A DNA stretch of 54,882 nucleotides from Gammaproteobacteria bacterium (GTDB lineage: Bacteria > Pseudomonadota > Gammaproteobacteria > Pseudomonadales > Porticoccaceae). The notes beneath the pieces were generated by a model. That model ran no database searches. It had not been told where the DNA came from and saw nothing but the letters and a program-made list of their open reading frames with translations. Positions 1-11,746 of the stretch are shown piece by piece. A program made the position numbers and the translations under genes. Where the stretch lies: assembly GCA_003645535.1 (NCBI GenBank), contig QNFP01000001.1, positions 1-54,882 of the forward strand. Direction: 5' to 3'. Numbering within the stretch: the first letter of the stretch is position 1; each line of letters opens with the position of its first letter.

Positions 1-334
1 CGTCCTCTTCCAGGGAACCATCCATCATCACCGAGGAAAAGCCTAGCTGGATAGATCTTTGACAAATATCTGAACTAGTGCCGTGATCCTGGTGCATTAC
101 CACAGGAATATGGGGGAATTCCTCGATCGCTGCGATTATTAAGTGGCGCAAAAATGGCGCACCGGCATACTTGCGAGCACCGGCAGAAGCCTGCACGATA
201 ACCGGTGAATCGGTTTCATCAGCGGCTTCCATGATGGCGCGCATCTGCTCAAGGTTATTGACGTTAAACGCCGGCACGCCGTAGTTATTTTCGGCTGCGT
301 GATCGAGCAGTTGCCTCATGCTGATTAATGCCAT
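1..334 (-). CDS. fba: Fructose-1,6-bisphosphate aldolase, class II (5' part only; runs off the window)
   Basis: Absent from the ORF track because there is no stop in the window. Reverse complement from ATG at 334-332 reads [58 protein letters not shown]...VVMHQDHG, a typical class II FBA N-terminus. It lies downstream of pgk, as in epd-pgk-fba operons. Confidence 0.9.
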   Translation of the reverse strand, partial: MALISMRQLLDHAAENNYGVPAFNVNNLEQMRAIMEAADETDSPVIVQASAGARKYAGAPFLRHLIIAAIEEFPHIPVVMHQDHGTSSDICQRSIQLGFSSVMMDGSLEED

Positions 335-420
335 TTTATTATTCCCTTTTGGATCTTAGTTCTTAGGTTCTGGATGCTAGTCATAAAACTAACGATTAAT
401 TGCTCATACGCGAAGGCTTT

Positions 421-1584
421 CTAGCCGGCTGCGCGTTGTTCTAATATGGCAACTGCGGGTAATGTTTTACCTTCGACATATTCAAGGAAAGCACCGCCGC
501 CTGTTGAAATATAAGACACGCCATCGGCAATGCCATATTTATCCACAGCAGCCAGGGTGTCGCCACCTCCGGCAATGGAAAAGCCCCTGTTTTCAGCGAT
601 AGCCTCAGCAATAGCCTGAGTGCCACCACCAAACTGGTCAAACTCAAAAACACCGACCGGGCCATTCCAGATAATAGTACCGGCATTTTGCAAAATTGTT
701 GCAAATTGTTGCGCTGTCTGTGGACCGATATCCATAATCATATCGTTATCGTTAACTGCTTCAGCCATCTTTGTCGTTGCTACAGCGTCCTCAGTAAACT
801 CTGTTGCGGTGACCACATCAACAGGCAAGGGTATATCGCACTTACCAGCCAGCGCCGCAGCCACATCAATCAGGTCGTGTTCACACAGGGATGCGCCCAC
901 CGGCTTACCGGCGGCGGCCAAAAAAGTATTGGCAATACCGCCCCCAACAATCAAATGATCAACTTTATCTGATAAGGACTGCAGGACCGTCAGTTTTGTA
1001 GAAACCTTGGAGCCACCAACAATAGCCACCACAGGCCGCGCCGGATTAGCCAGCGCCTTACCCAGAGCATCAAGCTCTTTAGCAAGCAGCGGGCCAGCGC
1101 AGGCAACGGGAGCAAACTTCGCAACACCATGAGTCGATGCCTGAGCGCGATGAGCAGTACCAAAAGCATCCATTACAAAAATATCACAAAGCCCGGCATA
1201 AGCCCTGGCAAGGGCTTCATCGTCTTTCTTTTCACCTTCGTTAAAGCGAACATTTTCGAGCAGAACAACCTCGCCGGGCGCAACCTCTACCTCATCGCGC
1301 CAATTATCCGCCAGGACTACATCCTGTCCCAGCAAACCACTGAGGTGATCAGCCACGACTCGCAAACTAAACACATCCTCGAATTGGCCCTCGGTGGGGC
1401 GACCCAGGTGGGACATCAACAGAACTTTTGCACCGGCCTCAATAGCGAGTTTAATGGTCGGCAGGGCGGCACGGATTCTGGCATCCGACGTCACCACGCC
1501 ATCTTTTACCGGAACGTTAAGATCCTCTCGGATCAGTACCCGTTTACCGGCCAGATCCTGATCGCCCATTAGTAACACCGACAT
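421..1584 (-). CDS. pgk: Phosphoglycerate kinase
   Basis: 387 aa from ATG at 1584-1582, with GGAG upstream. [26 protein letters not shown]..., FGTAHRA, GGGDT motifs. The 32 extra N-terminal residues in the 419-aa track ORF overlap epd and look spurious. Confidence 0.95.
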   Translation of the reverse strand: MSVLLMGDQDLAGKRVLIREDLNVPVKDGVVTSDARIRAALPTIKLAIEAGAKVLLMSHLGRPTEGQFEDVFSLRVVADHLSGLLGQDVVLADNWRDEVEVAPGEVVLLENVRFNEGEKKDDEALARAYAGLCDIFVMDAFGTAHRAQASTHGVAKFAPVACAGPLLAKELDALGKALANPARPVVAIVGGSKVSTKLTVLQSLSDKVDHLIVGGGIANTFLAAAGKPVGASLCEHDLIDVAAALAGKCDIPLPVDVVTATEFTEDAVATTKMAEAVNDNDMIMDIGPQTAQQFATILQNAGTIIWNGPVGVFEFDQFGGGTQAIAEAIAENRGFSIAGGGDTLAAVDKYGIADGVSYISTGGGAFLEYVEGKTLPAVAILEQRAAG

Positions 1585-1612
1585 ATCTTCTCCAGTTTCG
1601 TCTTCTCCAGCA

Positions 1613-2629
1613 TCATTGCAAACTTCGCCAGTACAATAGTATGTCGAGCATGCGGTTGGCGTAGGCCCACTCATTATCAAACCAGAGTAGAACCTTGACC
1701 AGCCGTTTACCGCCTACACGGGTCTGGCTGGCATCGACTATCGCCGAGCGACTGTCATGATTGAAATCGCAGGATGCCAGGGGTTCTTCCGTATAGCCAA
1801 GAATCTGAACTGCCTGCTTTTCCACAGCTGCTCGTAAAATGTCGTTAACTTGCACGTCAGTAGTATTTCTCTGCACTTGCACCGACAAATCTATTGCGGA
1901 CACATTTTGCGTGGGTACGCGCATCGCCTGAGCTTCAAAGCGGCCAGCTAACGCCGGGAGCACGCGGTCTATACCACGGGCGAGGCCGGTTTCTACCGGG
2001 ATAATCGACTGTATGGCGGCCCGTGTTTTGCGCAGATCGGTGTGGTGGTAGGAGTCGAGCACCGGTTGATCATTCATCGCAGAATGTATGGTGGTGATTA
2101 CCCCAGCTTCGACACCCAGTGCCTCATCGAGTATTTTAATAATGGGTGCTACGCAGTTGGTGGTGCAGGACGCCGCCGAAATAATGCGATCATCGGCTTT
2201 TAACTGCTCATGGTTGACCCCATAGACAATCGTGGCATCAATGTCGGGATCAGCTGGTTGAGAAAATAAAACGGCATCGGCACCAGCATCGAGATGGGTC
2301 TGTGCATCCTTCCTGGAGGAAAAAGTACCGCTACACTCGAGTGCGACGTCCACACCCAGTTCGCGCCACGGTAAAGCCGCCATTTGCTGATGATGACTGA
2401 CATGAATGACATGCCCATCCAGCAGTAATTGCTGCTGATGCGTTTCTAGCTCGCCAGGAAAGCGGCCATGGGTGGAGTCATAACGGCAAAGGTAAGCGAT
2501 GGTGTCGAGATCGGCCAGTTCGTTGATCCCGATAACTTCAAGATCTTCCCCTAACTGTCGTTCCCACAGCGCACGCAATACACAGCGGCCAATGCGACCA
2601 AAACCGTTAATAGCTAGGCGTGTGGTCAT
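1613..2629 (-). CDS. epd: Erythrose-4-phosphate dehydrogenase / GAPDH family
   Basis: [15 protein letters not shown]..., SCTTNC active site, and [14 protein letters not shown] and [14 protein letters not shown] resembling Epd rather than GapA. Position between tkt and pgk. The start overlaps the tkt stop (TGATG). Confidence 0.8.
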   Translation of the reverse strand: MTTRLAINGFGRIGRCVLRALWERQLGEDLEVIGINELADLDTIAYLCRYDSTHGRFPGELETHQQQLLLDGHVIHVSHHQQMAALPWRELGVDVALECSGTFSSRKDAQTHLDAGADAVLFSQPADPDIDATIVYGVNHEQLKADDRIISAASCTTNCVAPIIKILDEALGVEAGVITTIHSAMNDQPVLDSYHHTDLRKTRAAIQSIIPVETGLARGIDRVLPALAGRFEAQAMRVPTQNVSAIDLSVQVQRNTTDVQVNDILRAAVEKQAVQILGYTEEPLASCDFNHDSRSAIVDASQTRVGGKRLVKVLLWFDNEWAYANRMLDILLYWRSLQ

Positions 2630-4626
2630 CAGCCAAACAAGGCCTCTGCTCTGGCGACAGTATTTTCAGTGGTAAAACCAAAATGGGCCATCAACTCAGG
2701 GCCCGGCGCAGAAGCACCAAATGTTGTCATACCAATCACACTCCCATCGAGGCCAACATATTTGCGCCAGAAATCGGCGTGCAAAGCTTCGATGGCTAGC
2801 CGCTTGCGCACCGTAGGTGGCAATACCGCGTCACGATAGGATTGATCCTGCGCATCAAAAATTTCAGTGCAGGGCATGGAAACTACCCGCACCCGGTGGC
2901 CAGCTGCGGTCAGTTTTTCTACCGCAGCAACCGCCAGTTGCACTTCCGAACCGGTGGCAATCAGGATAATGTCTGGTTCGCCATCACTGTCCACCAGCAC
3001 ATAAGCACCGCGTTCAATATCCGCAATCTGCTGCGCTGAGCGCTGCTGGTGCGGTAAACCCTGGCGGGTAAAAATCAACGCGCTTGGGCCATCCTGCCTG
3101 GCGATTGCCGCTTTCCAGCACACCGCCGACTCAACGGAATCACAGGGTCGCCAGGTATTCATATTCGGTGTGGTACGCAAACTGGTCAACTGTTCGACAG
3201 GCTGATGGGTGGGGCCATCCTCGCCAAGACCAATAGAGTCGTGGGTAAACACAAAAATACTCTGTAGCTTCATCAGCGCCGCCATACGCACCGCATTACG
3301 GCAATATTCCATAAACACCAGGAAAGTTGCGCCATAGTTGATAAAACCACCGTGCAGGGCAATGCCATTCATAATGGCGGCCATACCGAATTCGCGAACA
3401 CCGTAGTACAGATAGTTGCCGCTGGCATCTTCACCGCTTATGCCCTTGCAGCCCTTCCAGATAGTATTATTGGATCCGGCCAGATCGGCAGAACCTCCTA
3501 ATAATTCCGGCAACATCGGCCCGTAGGTATCAAGACAGTTCTGCGATGCTTTACGAGTGGCAGGTGATTCTCCCTTAGCCTGGCACTCAGCAATATAAGC
3601 GTCCGCCTGTCGCGTAAATGTCGATGGTAGAGCGCCGCTCAAGCGTCGTTCTAATTCAGTCGACAGTTCTGGAAATGCCTGTTGATAGGCTGCAAATTTT
3701 TGTTGCCATGCCGCTTCAGCCTCAGCACCTTTAACAGTAGCATCCCAGGCGGCGGCAATATCATCAGGTATTTCGAATGGCGGGCTGGACCAGTCTAGTT
3801 GCTGCCTGGTTGCCTGTATTTCTTCCTCGCCCAGTGGCGCACCATGGCAGCCTTCCGTACCCTGTTTGGCGGGCGAGCCAAAGCCGATAATGGTTTTGCA
3901 ACAAATCAAAGCAGGTTTAGTGGTTTGCTGGCGTGCTAATTCAACGGCAGCTTTAATAGCCCTGTCATCATGGCCATCGACATCGCGTACCACCTGCCAG
4001 CCATAGGCTTCAAAACGGGCGGGCGTATCGTCAGTGAACCAGCCCTCTACCTCTCCATCGATTGATATGCCATTATCGTCGTAAAATACAATAAGCTTGC
4101 CCAGTTGGTGGGTTCCGGCCAGGGAACAAACCGCCTGGGAAATACCCTCCATCAAGCAGCCATCACCAGCAAAAGTGTATGTGTGGTGATCTATTAGCTC
4201 ATGACCAGGCCGATTAAACTGCGCGCCAAGGATCTTCTCTGCCAGGGCCATGCCCACCGCATTGGCAAGCCCCTGGCCCAGTGGCCCAGTTGTTGTTTCT
4301 ACGCCTGGCGCTTCGCCCAGTTCTGGATGGCCCGCCGTAAGGGAATGGAGCTGGCGGAAGTTTTTCAACTCTTCCATCGGCAGTTCATAACCAGTCAGAT
4401 GCAGTAATGAATAAAGTAACATCGACCCGTGACCATTAGATAGCACAAAGCGGTCCCGATTGGCCCATGCTGGATTAGCCGGGTTGTGCACAAGATAATC
4501 ATTCCACAACACTTCTGCGATATCGGCCATGCCCATGGGTGCCCCGGGATGACCACTTTTGGCCTGCTGTACTGCATCCATGCTGAGTGCGCGAATGGCA
4601 TTGGCGAGTTCACGACGTGAAGACAT
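2629..4626 (-). CDS. tkt: Transketolase
   Basis: 665 aa from ATG at 4626-4624, with AGGAG upstream. [37 protein letters not shown]..., [11 protein letters not shown] motif. The first 30 residues of the track ORF are judged spurious. Confidence 0.95.
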   Translation of the reverse strand: MSSRRELANAIRALSMDAVQQAKSGHPGAPMGMADIAEVLWNDYLVHNPANPAWANRDRFVLSNGHGSMLLYSLLHLTGYELPMEELKNFRQLHSLTAGHPELGEAPGVETTTGPLGQGLANAVGMALAEKILGAQFNRPGHELIDHHTYTFAGDGCLMEGISQAVCSLAGTHQLGKLIVFYDDNGISIDGEVEGWFTDDTPARFEAYGWQVVRDVDGHDDRAIKAAVELARQQTTKPALICCKTIIGFGSPAKQGTEGCHGAPLGEEEIQATRQQLDWSSPPFEIPDDIAAAWDATVKGAEAEAAWQQKFAAYQQAFPELSTELERRLSGALPSTFTRQADAYIAECQAKGESPATRKASQNCLDTYGPMLPELLGGSADLAGSNNTIWKGCKGISGEDASGNYLYYGVREFGMAAIMNGIALHGGFINYGATFLVFMEYCRNAVRMAALMKLQSIFVFTHDSIGLGEDGPTHQPVEQLTSLRTTPNMNTWRPCDSVESAVCWKAAIARQDGPSALIFTRQGLPHQQRSAQQIADIERGAYVLVDSDGEPDIILIATGSEVQLAVAAVEKLTAAGHRVRVVSMPCTEIFDAQDQSYRDAVLPPTVRKRLAIEALHADFWRKYVGLDGSVIGMTTFGASAPGPELMAHFGFTTENTVARAEALFG

Positions 4627-4764
4627 GCGAGGGGCTCCTGGGGAGGGCAATATAAAGACGCGCATTTTCCCGTACTGGCAGGCGACAGTAAAGACATGGT
4701 AGAGATGTTGCGACATTAATTTACAGGGATCACTGGCAAATCAGCATAAGCACTTTTAATAAAG

Positions 4765-4786
4765 CTATCAGAAAATCTTCTTATAG
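4765..4786. promoter_or_regulatory. Candidate operator: imperfect inverted repeat CTATCAG-N8-CTTATAG in the tkt / regulator divergent intergenic region
   Basis: The arms match 6 of 7 as an inverted repeat. It is the only clear dyad just upstream of the ArsR-type regulator and methyl-cycle operon. Assignment to the regulator is inference. Confidence 0.3.
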
Positions 4787-4834
4787 AATCGAATTATTTT
4801 GATGTATGAGGAAAATGCTGTATTCTCGCGCCCT

Positions 4835-5827
4835 ATGAGCAAATTAAAGACCGCCACGGACGCCAATCAAGGGATTTCCCTGCCCCGTGCTACCGCAGTA
4901 TTGAAAGCGGCTGGCGATGAGCTGCGAGCGCAAATTCTACGCATACTGCAACGAGATGCATTTGGTGTGCTGGAATTAAGCCGCATTTTCGACACGCGCC
5001 AGCCCACCATGAGTCATCACCTGAAGATACTGTCCAAAACCGGGCTGGTAGTCTCGCGGCGGGAAGGCACCTGCATTTTTTATCGTCGTAGCTGTTATGA
5101 ACAGGATGGCCTCGACACTTTGCGCCACCAGATATTCGCCCAACTCGACCTGTGCCCTGTTGCAGACAATATCGACAGGGAAATCCAGGCAGTACATACA
5201 GAACGGTCGGAAAGCTCGTTAGCCTTTTTTCGCGTTAATGCGGAGCGCTTCCGCGAACAACAGGATCTGATCGCCAGTTATTCGCTATATGGCGATAGTG
5301 TGCTTGAACTGATTGACGGCCTGCAACTACCTCCGACCCTTACCGCATTGGAAATTGGTTCCGGCGGCGGTGAATTGTTACCCGAACTGGCCGCACGCTT
5401 TAACAAGGTTATCGCCGTCGATAATTCTGCGCAGCTACTCGACCATGCCCAATCCCTTGTAGCGCAAGCCGGCATCACCAATGTCGACTTTGTACTCGAT
5501 AATATCGAGGCGCTCAAAAAACCTGTCAAGGCGGACCTCATTACCCTCAACATGGTCCTGCACCACCTCGCTCGGCCTGCAGATATTCTTAAGATTATCA
5601 ATGGCCTGCTCAATGATGGCGGCGCGCTGATTGTCTCGGATCTTTGCCAGCACGACCAGGACTGGGCTCACTCGGCCTGTGGTGATTTATGGTTAGGCCT
5701 GTGCCCAGAAGAGTTGGCCACATGGGCAAATAATGCCGGATTTGACGAAGGCGATAGCCTGTTTCTAACGCAGCGCAACGGCTTTCGCATTCAGCTGCGG
5801 CAATTCTTAAAACCCACCGCTGCTTAG
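4835..5827 (+). CDS. sahR: ArsR/SmtB-family wHTH regulator fused to a SAM/SAH-binding methyltransferase-like domain (SahR-type architecture)
   Basis: The N-terminus has the ArsR HTH ([10 protein letters not shown]...[26 protein letters not shown]). The C-terminus has class I MTase motif I ([11 protein letters not shown]). It lies directly upstream of metK-ahcY-metF. The start is ambiguous (TTG 4799, ATG 4802 or ATG 4835) and none has a good SD. Confidence 0.7.
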   Translation: MSKLKTATDANQGISLPRATAVLKAAGDELRAQILRILQRDAFGVLELSRIFDTRQPTMSHHLKILSKTGLVVSRREGTCIFYRRSCYEQDGLDTLRHQIFAQLDLCPVADNIDREIQAVHTERSESSLAFFRVNAERFREQQDLIASYSLYGDSVLELIDGLQLPPTLTALEIGSGGGELLPELAARFNKVIAVDNSAQLLDHAQSLVAQAGITNVDFVLDNIEALKKPVKADLITLNMVLHHLARPADILKIINGLLNDGGALIVSDLCQHDQDWAHSACGDLWLGLCPEELATWANNAGFDEGDSLFLTQRNGFRIQLRQFLKPTAA

Positions 5828-5855
5828 TGGCAGAAAATCCCAGGAGTTTCAAATT

Positions 5856-7010
5856 ATGAGTCAATATAGCGTCTTCACCTCTGAATCTGTATCAGAGGGC
5901 CATCCAGATAAAATGGCCGACCAAATTTCCGACGCCGTCGTCGATGCCATGATCAAGGACGACCCCAACTCAAGGGTAGCGGTCGAAACCATGGTTAAGA
6001 CCGGCGTTGCGATTATCGCTGGAGAAGTACGCACTAACACTTATGTAGATCTTGAAGACATCGTTCGCCAGGTAATACTGGACATCGGTTATGACAGTTC
6101 CGAGGTGGGTTTCGATGGCGCTTCCTGCGCAGTCATCAACGCCATTGGTAAGCAGTCCGGCGATATCGCTATGGGTGTGGATGAAGGCGATGACAAAGAA
6201 CAGGGCGCCGGGGATCAGGGCCTGATGTTCGGTTATGCCACCAATGAAACCGACGTCCTGATGCCAGCGCCTATTTACTATTCGCATCGTCTGGTAGAAC
6301 GTCAGGCCCACTTACGCAAGCACAAAGTACTTCCCTGGCTGCGGCCGGATGCCAAAAGCCAGGTTACCCTGCGCTACGAAAATGGCCGACCAGTGGCGGT
6401 GGATGCAGTGGTATTGTCGACCCAACATGACCCGGATATCTCTCTGGCTGATTTGAGGGAAGCCATTCTCGAAGAAATTATCAAACCCGTGCTGCCCGCT
6501 GAATGGTTGCATGCAGACACCCTGTACCATATCAATCCCACGGGCTTATTCGTTATCGGCGGGCCGATGGGTGACTGCGGGCTGACCGGACGAAAAATCA
6601 TTGTCGATACTTATGGCGGCATGGCCCACCATGGCGGCGGGGCGTTTTCCGGTAAGGATCCTTCCAAAGTAGACCGTTCCGCAGCCTATGCCGGGCGCTA
6701 TGTGGCCAAGAATATTGTCGCCGCCGGCCTCGCTGAACGCTGCGAAATCCAGATCTCCTATGCGATAGGCGTGGCGGAGCCGACTTCGATCAGCGTCAAC
6801 ACTTACGGCACTGGCAAATGTTCGGACGATCAAATTATTCAGCTTATCAAGGAGCATTTTGAGCTGCGCCCAGCCGGGCTTATTGAGATGCTCGATCTGA
6901 AACGACCGATATACCGCAGCACCGCTGCCTACGGTCATTTCGGCCGTGAAGAAGCCGATTTTACCTGGGAAAAAACTGACAAAGCCGAAGCACTGAAAGC
7001 CGCAATTTAA
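5856..7010 (+). CDS. metK: S-adenosylmethionine synthetase
   Basis: [22 protein letters not shown]..., [38 protein letters not shown] upstream. Confidence 0.97.
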   Translation: MSQYSVFTSESVSEGHPDKMADQISDAVVDAMIKDDPNSRVAVETMVKTGVAIIAGEVRTNTYVDLEDIVRQVILDIGYDSSEVGFDGASCAVINAIGKQSGDIAMGVDEGDDKEQGAGDQGLMFGYATNETDVLMPAPIYYSHRLVERQAHLRKHKVLPWLRPDAKSQVTLRYENGRPVAVDAVVLSTQHDPDISLADLREAILEEIIKPVLPAEWLHADTLYHINPTGLFVIGGPMGDCGLTGRKIIVDTYGGMAHHGGGAFSGKDPSKVDRSAAYAGRYVAKNIVAAGLAERCEIQISYAIGVAEPTSISVNTYGTGKCSDDQIIQLIKEHFELRPAGLIEMLDLKRPIYRSTAAYGHFGREEADFTWEKTDKAEALKAAI

Positions 7011-7034
7011 CGCGCTGGAATTTAGGATAACACT

Positions 7035-8441
7035 ATGAGTAATTTCGCTAATGCACCTGACCTGAAACCCGACTTTAAAGTCGCCGATATTTCGCTGGCC
7101 GACTGGGGACGCAGAGAAATCGAAATAGCCGAAACCGAAATGCCGGCGCTAATGGCTATCCGTGAAAAATACCGCCAACAGCAGCCGCTGAAAGAAGCAA
7201 AAATTCTCGGCTGCATCCATATGACCATTCAGACCGCCGTGCTTATCGAAACCCTCGAAGCACTGGGCGCAGAGGTGCGCTGGTCATCGTGTAATATCTT
7301 TTCTACCCAGGATCACGCTGCCGCCGCCATTGCCCACAGCGGCGTCGCTGTTTACGCATGGAAAGGTGAAACTGAAGAAGAATATGAGTGGTGCATCGAG
7401 CAAACTATTGTCAAAGATGGTCTGCCCTGGGACGCTAACATGGTACTCGACGACGGCGGTGATTTGACCGCCATACTCCACGAACAGTACCCGCAGATAC
7501 TCGAAAACGTTCACGGCATTACCGAAGAAACCACAACCGGCGTCCACCGCCTGTATGAAATGCTCGCTAATGGCGAACTCAAGGTGCCGGCCATTAATGT
7601 TAATGACTCGGTCACCAAGTCAAAAAATGACAACAAATATGGTTGCCGCCACAGCCTCAATGACGCCATCAAGCGTGCCACAGATCATCTGCTGGCTGGC
7701 AAAAAGGCGCTGGTTATAGGTTACGGTGATGTTGGCAAAGGTTCCGCTCAATCATTGCGCCAGGAAGGCATGATTGTCAGGGTCAGCGAAATCGATCCCA
7801 TTTGCGCGATGCAAGCCTGCATGGATGGCTTTGAAGTTTCGTCGCCATTTATAGACGGTATTAACGATGATAGCGCCGATTGTGTTGATAAAAATTTGCT
7901 CGGCCATATAGATCTGGTCGTCACTGCCACTGGCAACATCAATGTTTGTGATCGCAATATTCTCGGCGCGCTTAAATCCGGCGCAGTGGTATGCAATATC
8001 GGCCACTTCGACAATGAGATTGAAACCGCCTGGACACGAGATAACTGGGTCTGGGAAGAGGTCAAACCTCAGGTTCACACCCTCTACCGCGCAGCGACCA
8101 AAGAAGCTGCGGCCGGCGATCATATTTTATTGTTGAGTGAAGGTCGTTTAGTCAATCTTGGCAATGCCACCGGTCACCCCAGTCGGGTTATGGATGGCTC
8201 CTTCGCCAACCAGGTACTGGCGCAAATACACCTGTTCGAACGGAAATTCGCCGACCAGAACGTAGCGCAGCAGGCGAAGGCGCTCGGGGTTGAAGTGCTT
8301 CCCAAACATCTGGATGAGGAAGTCGCCGCGCACATGGTTAAAGGTTTTGATGGTGTTACCACCAGGCTGACCCAGGCACAGGCCGATTACATTAACGTCA
8401 GTGTCGACGGGCCGTTCAAGCCCGAGACCTACCGGTATTAA
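7035..8441 (+). CDS. ahcY: Adenosylhomocysteinase
   Basis: [27 protein letters not shown]..., [13 protein letters not shown] motif, C-terminal ...[10 protein letters not shown]. Only 24 nt after metK. Confidence 0.97.
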   Translation: MSNFANAPDLKPDFKVADISLADWGRREIEIAETEMPALMAIREKYRQQQPLKEAKILGCIHMTIQTAVLIETLEALGAEVRWSSCNIFSTQDHAAAAIAHSGVAVYAWKGETEEEYEWCIEQTIVKDGLPWDANMVLDDGGDLTAILHEQYPQILENVHGITEETTTGVHRLYEMLANGELKVPAINVNDSVTKSKNDNKYGCRHSLNDAIKRATDHLLAGKKALVIGYGDVGKGSAQSLRQEGMIVRVSEIDPICAMQACMDGFEVSSPFIDGINDDSADCVDKNLLGHIDLVVTATGNINVCDRNILGALKSGAVVCNIGHFDNEIETAWTRDNWVWEEVKPQVHTLYRAATKEAAAGDHILLLSEGRLVNLGNATGHPSRVMDGSFANQVLAQIHLFERKFADQNVAQQAKALGVEVLPKHLDEEVAAHMVKGFDGVTTRLTQAQADYINVSVDGPFKPETYRY

Positions 8442-8452
8442 GGGTCAGGCAC

Positions 8453-9325
8453 GTGCCGATGGATGAACTACAACAAAACGCATGGCCGCTAAGTTTTGAG
8501 CTTTTCCCACCCAAAACTGAACAGGGCCAGGAGAATCTGTCTGCGGCGCGCGCCCAGCTAGCCCGCTATAAACCCACCTTGTTTTCGGTTACCTACGGTG
8601 CCGGCGGATCGACCCGCGACAACACGCGGGACATCGTGCTCGACACAAGATCGGCCGGACTAGAGGTAGCTCCTCACCTGTCATTTGGCGGCGATAGCGA
8701 GCAGGCCGTGCTCGATTTATTAACCACCTACCGGGATGCGGGAATAGCGCACGTCGTTGCTCTGCGCGGTGATCTACCCGCGGGTATGGGTGGGGCCATG
8801 CAATTGGTACACGCCAATGAACTAGTTGCATTTATTCGCCAGCATTTTGCAGAACATTTCACACTGCACGTCGCTGCCTACCCTGAAATCCATCCCGAAG
8901 CGAACTCTTATCAGGATGATATCCACTGGCTCGGGGAAAAGTTCAATGCTGGTGCCAGTGCCGCTATTACTCAGTATTTCTACAATATCGATGCCTACTG
9001 GTATTTTATCGACCAGTGCCAGAAGGCGGGCATCGATCAACCCATCGTACCCGGCATTATGCCAATCACTAACTTTCAGAATTTGGCACGGTTTTCGTTA
9101 AACTGCGGCGCAGAAATCCCTCGCTGGATGCAGCAACAACTCCAGCAGTACGGTGATGATCTCGATTCAGTAAAAAAATTCGGTATCGATACGGTGAGCA
9201 GGCTTTGTGAACAATTAATCGATGGCGGCGCGCCCGGCTTACATTTCTACACCATGAATCAGGTGGAGCCGATTGCCACAATTCTCGCCAACCTCGGTCG
9301 GCGGGCGACAGATCAAACCACTTAG
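8453..9325 (+). CDS. metF: 5,10-methylenetetrahydrofolate reductase
   Basis: SFELFPPKTEQG..., FSVTYGAGGSTR, ALRGD, GLHFYTMN. GTG start at 8453 (AAGGG upstream); alternative ATG at 8459. Confidence 0.93.
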   Translation: MPMDELQQNAWPLSFELFPPKTEQGQENLSAARAQLARYKPTLFSVTYGAGGSTRDNTRDIVLDTRSAGLEVAPHLSFGGDSEQAVLDLLTTYRDAGIAHVVALRGDLPAGMGGAMQLVHANELVAFIRQHFAEHFTLHVAAYPEIHPEANSYQDDIHWLGEKFNAGASAAITQYFYNIDAYWYFIDQCQKAGIDQPIVPGIMPITNFQNLARFSLNCGAEIPRWMQQQLQQYGDDLDSVKKFGIDTVSRLCEQLIDGGAPGLHFYTMNQVEPIATILANLGRRATDQTT

Positions 9326-9352
9326 TCTTAACTTAGTCATAACTTAGTAAAG
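9320..9352. repeat. Three tandem copies of an 11-nt unit (ACTTAGTCTTA / ACTTAGTCATA / ACTTAGTAAAG) spanning the metF stop codon
   Basis: Read directly from the sequence. TAG occurs at 9323, 9334 and 9345, so in all three frames. Confidence 0.9.
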
Positions 9353-9362
9353 GCTACACAAT

Positions 9363-10190
9363 ATGCGCTTGCCGCGGATATTTACCGACCAGGCTCTTAC
9401 CGAGGACCTGGAGGTGGAGCTTGGCCACCAGGCAGCAAGACACCTGGTATCCGTGTTGCGCTTTGCTACTGGCGACAAAGTCATTCTATTCAATGGTGAA
9501 GGTGGCGAATATAGTGCTCAGCTAACCGTTGCCGGTTCAAAAAAAGTTTCAGCACTAATTGGCACGTTCTCATCAGGTATTCCACCTTCTCCCCTGTCCA
9601 TCACCCTGGCCATTGGCCTGTCACGGGGTGATCGCATGGACTGGCTGGTGCAAAAATCCATCGAGTTAGGCGTTAGAAAAATCACACCTCTTTTCACTGA
9701 ACGAAGCGAAGTTAAACTCAATGCGCAACGGGCAGCCAAAAAAGTCCGTCACTGGCAGGAAATTGCCCGTAGCGCCTGCGAACAGAGCGGTCAAAATGTT
9801 ATTGCGGAAATTGATCTACCCACCAATCTGAACACAACACTGCAACAAGCAGTCAAAACCCGCACCACAAACGATGTTGTCGACGATACTGCAGGCAATG
9901 TTGCTGACAAAGCTGCAGGCAACGCTACAAACAATACCAGCTACGGATTCATTCTCGACCCTCTGGCTGATAATAGTTTGGCTGGCCGCATCGCTGCTCA
10001 CACCGGGCCCTTTCCCAAATCGGTATTACTTTTGTCTGGCCCGGAGGGGGGGTTTACGACCGACGAAGTAGCTATCGCCCAGGACCACGGCATATTATCG
10101 GCCACCATTGGGCCGCGAATACTACGCACCGAAACAGCACCAATTGCCGCCCTGTCATTACTACAGGCACAGTGGGGTGACTGGCTTTAA
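9363..10190 (+). CDS. rsmE: 16S rRNA (uracil1498-N3)-methyltransferase
   Basis: MRLPRIFTDQAL...HLVSVLRF..GDKVILFNGEGGEY, C-terminal SPOUT knot LLSGPEGGFT..E......GPRILRTETA. Carries a low-complexity insert of about 30 aa. Confidence 0.85.
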   Translation: MRLPRIFTDQALTEDLEVELGHQAARHLVSVLRFATGDKVILFNGEGGEYSAQLTVAGSKKVSALIGTFSSGIPPSPLSITLAIGLSRGDRMDWLVQKSIELGVRKITPLFTERSEVKLNAQRAAKKVRHWQEIARSACEQSGQNVIAEIDLPTNLNTTLQQAVKTRTTNDVVDDTAGNVADKAAGNATNNTSYGFILDPLADNSLAGRIAAHTGPFPKSVLLLSGPEGGFTTDEVAIAQDHGILSATIGPRILRTETAPIAALSLLQAQWGDWL

Positions 10191-10382
10191 GCGGTATTAA
10201 CGAAAGCTTATCTGCTACAGAAACACATCACAGCAAGCCTGGGCGCCACCGCCTGAGAATCACTGCTTTTTTTATCAGCTAATATTATCAGTTGATTTCA
10301 GCGCCATATACGCGCTAGCCTAAGCTCGACTTCAAGCAATACAAAAATAAACAGGCAAGCCGGTCAAAAGGATATTTCCGCT

Positions 10383-11687
10383 ATGCAAGATACCTCACCG
10401 ATCGCAGATACCCCTCCGAATTCGACACAAACACAGACCGAAAACTTTTTTGGCTGGAAAAATGTTGCTCTGTTGTTTGGCGTATACATGTTTGCCGTCG
10501 GCTTCGTGTATTACAGTTTCAACGTCATTTTTCCTGAAATGGTCACCAATATGGGCTGGAGTCGGGGTGATGCCTCGTGGGCCCAAACCATACATGGACT
10601 CCTTTACGGTGTTTTTGTCCCCTTAGCCGCTGTTTCAACCAATAAATGGGGGGCGCGCGCAACGATTGTGACGGGAATTATCGTGCTTATAGTGGGATGC
10701 ATCCTGCTCGGGACTGTCACCACGTCAATCACGGCCTGGATATTAATCTGGGGGGTAGTCATGTCATTTGGTTTCGCCCTCGGTGGCGTCATTCCTATCC
10801 AGACAACCATCGCCCACTGGTTTGAAAATCAGCGTGCCACTGCCATCGGTGTGGTCATGACTGCTGCCGGCGTCGGTGGTTTTATAGCGCAACCCTTGTT
10901 CACATGGATTATGGAAGATTTTGGTGGTTGGCAGGCGGGCTGGCTTTCCGCCTCAGCGTTTGCAATAACGGCCATAATCCTCGCCTTGCTGGTCGTTAAT
11001 AAACCGGCTGACCGGGGGCAGCATCCTGACGGCATCCTGCACAGTGAAGAGTCAAAAAAAGCGCAGCGAGCAAACTCTAAAATATACAAAACCGAGGATT
11101 TCTGGAGCTTAAAGGAGGCCCTGCGCACACCGACCCTGTGGCTTCTCATTGTGCTTTCACTGGGCGGTGTGATGCCCCTCTACTTACTGGTGGTGCACGG
11201 GGTATTGCACCTCACTGACCTGCAGTTTGAACGTATGGAGGCCGCGAGTGTATTAAGTGCCATGCTGGCTGGAAGCGCCTGTGCTCGTTTCCCCATTGGC
11301 TGGCTGGGGGATCGAATGGAACCACGGCGAATTATGTTTACCTTGTTCACGAGTTCAGTCATTGCCCTTACCCTTATCTGGCAGGCCCCAGGAATAAGCT
11401 TTTTGTTACTGGCAGGTGCAATGTTTGGCGCAGCCTACGGCGGCACGCTCGTTATGATCCCCACCATGGTGGCCAATTATTTCGGCGCTGCATCCTTTGC
11501 CAGTGTTAACGGGTTTATTTTCCCGGTTCAGATTGTCATCGGCAGTACGGTGCCAGTGGCTGCAGGCTATGTGGCCGACCAGGCGGGTAATTACGACCTG
11601 GCATTTATCGGGCTAATTGGTTTCACTAGCATCGCTGCGGTTTGTGCGCTGATAACACGTCCGCCGGTCAAGAGAGAAGATACTTAA
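10383..11687 (+). CDS. MFS transporter (12-TM, oxalate/formate-antiporter-like)
   Basis: Hydrophobic helices throughout, with a central charged loop (KPADRGQHPDGILHSEESKKAQR) splitting two 6-TM halves. Substrate unknown. Confidence 0.8.
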   Translation: MQDTSPIADTPPNSTQTQTENFFGWKNVALLFGVYMFAVGFVYYSFNVIFPEMVTNMGWSRGDASWAQTIHGLLYGVFVPLAAVSTNKWGARATIVTGIIVLIVGCILLGTVTTSITAWILIWGVVMSFGFALGGVIPIQTTIAHWFENQRATAIGVVMTAAGVGGFIAQPLFTWIMEDFGGWQAGWLSASAFAITAIILALLVVNKPADRGQHPDGILHSEESKKAQRANSKIYKTEDFWSLKEALRTPTLWLLIVLSLGGVMPLYLLVVHGVLHLTDLQFERMEAASVLSAMLAGSACARFPIGWLGDRMEPRRIMFTLFTSSVIALTLIWQAPGISFLLLAGAMFGAAYGGTLVMIPTMVANYFGAASFASVNGFIFPVQIVIGSTVPVAAGYVADQAGNYDLAFIGLIGFTSIAAVCALITRPPVKREDT

Positions 11688-11746
11688 CGTCGGCCGACTC
11701 AGTACAATGTCGACCACTTATCACGATCAACAAGAAGGCTATTGCT

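Noticed and set aside
5828-7034. Expected an SAH riboswitch before ahcY or a SAM-II riboswitch before metK, as in many beta- and gammaproteobacteria.
   Set aside because: The intergenic gaps are only 28 nt (before metK) and 24 nt (before ahcY), too short for either aptamer. Control is more plausibly through the upstream SahR-like regulator.
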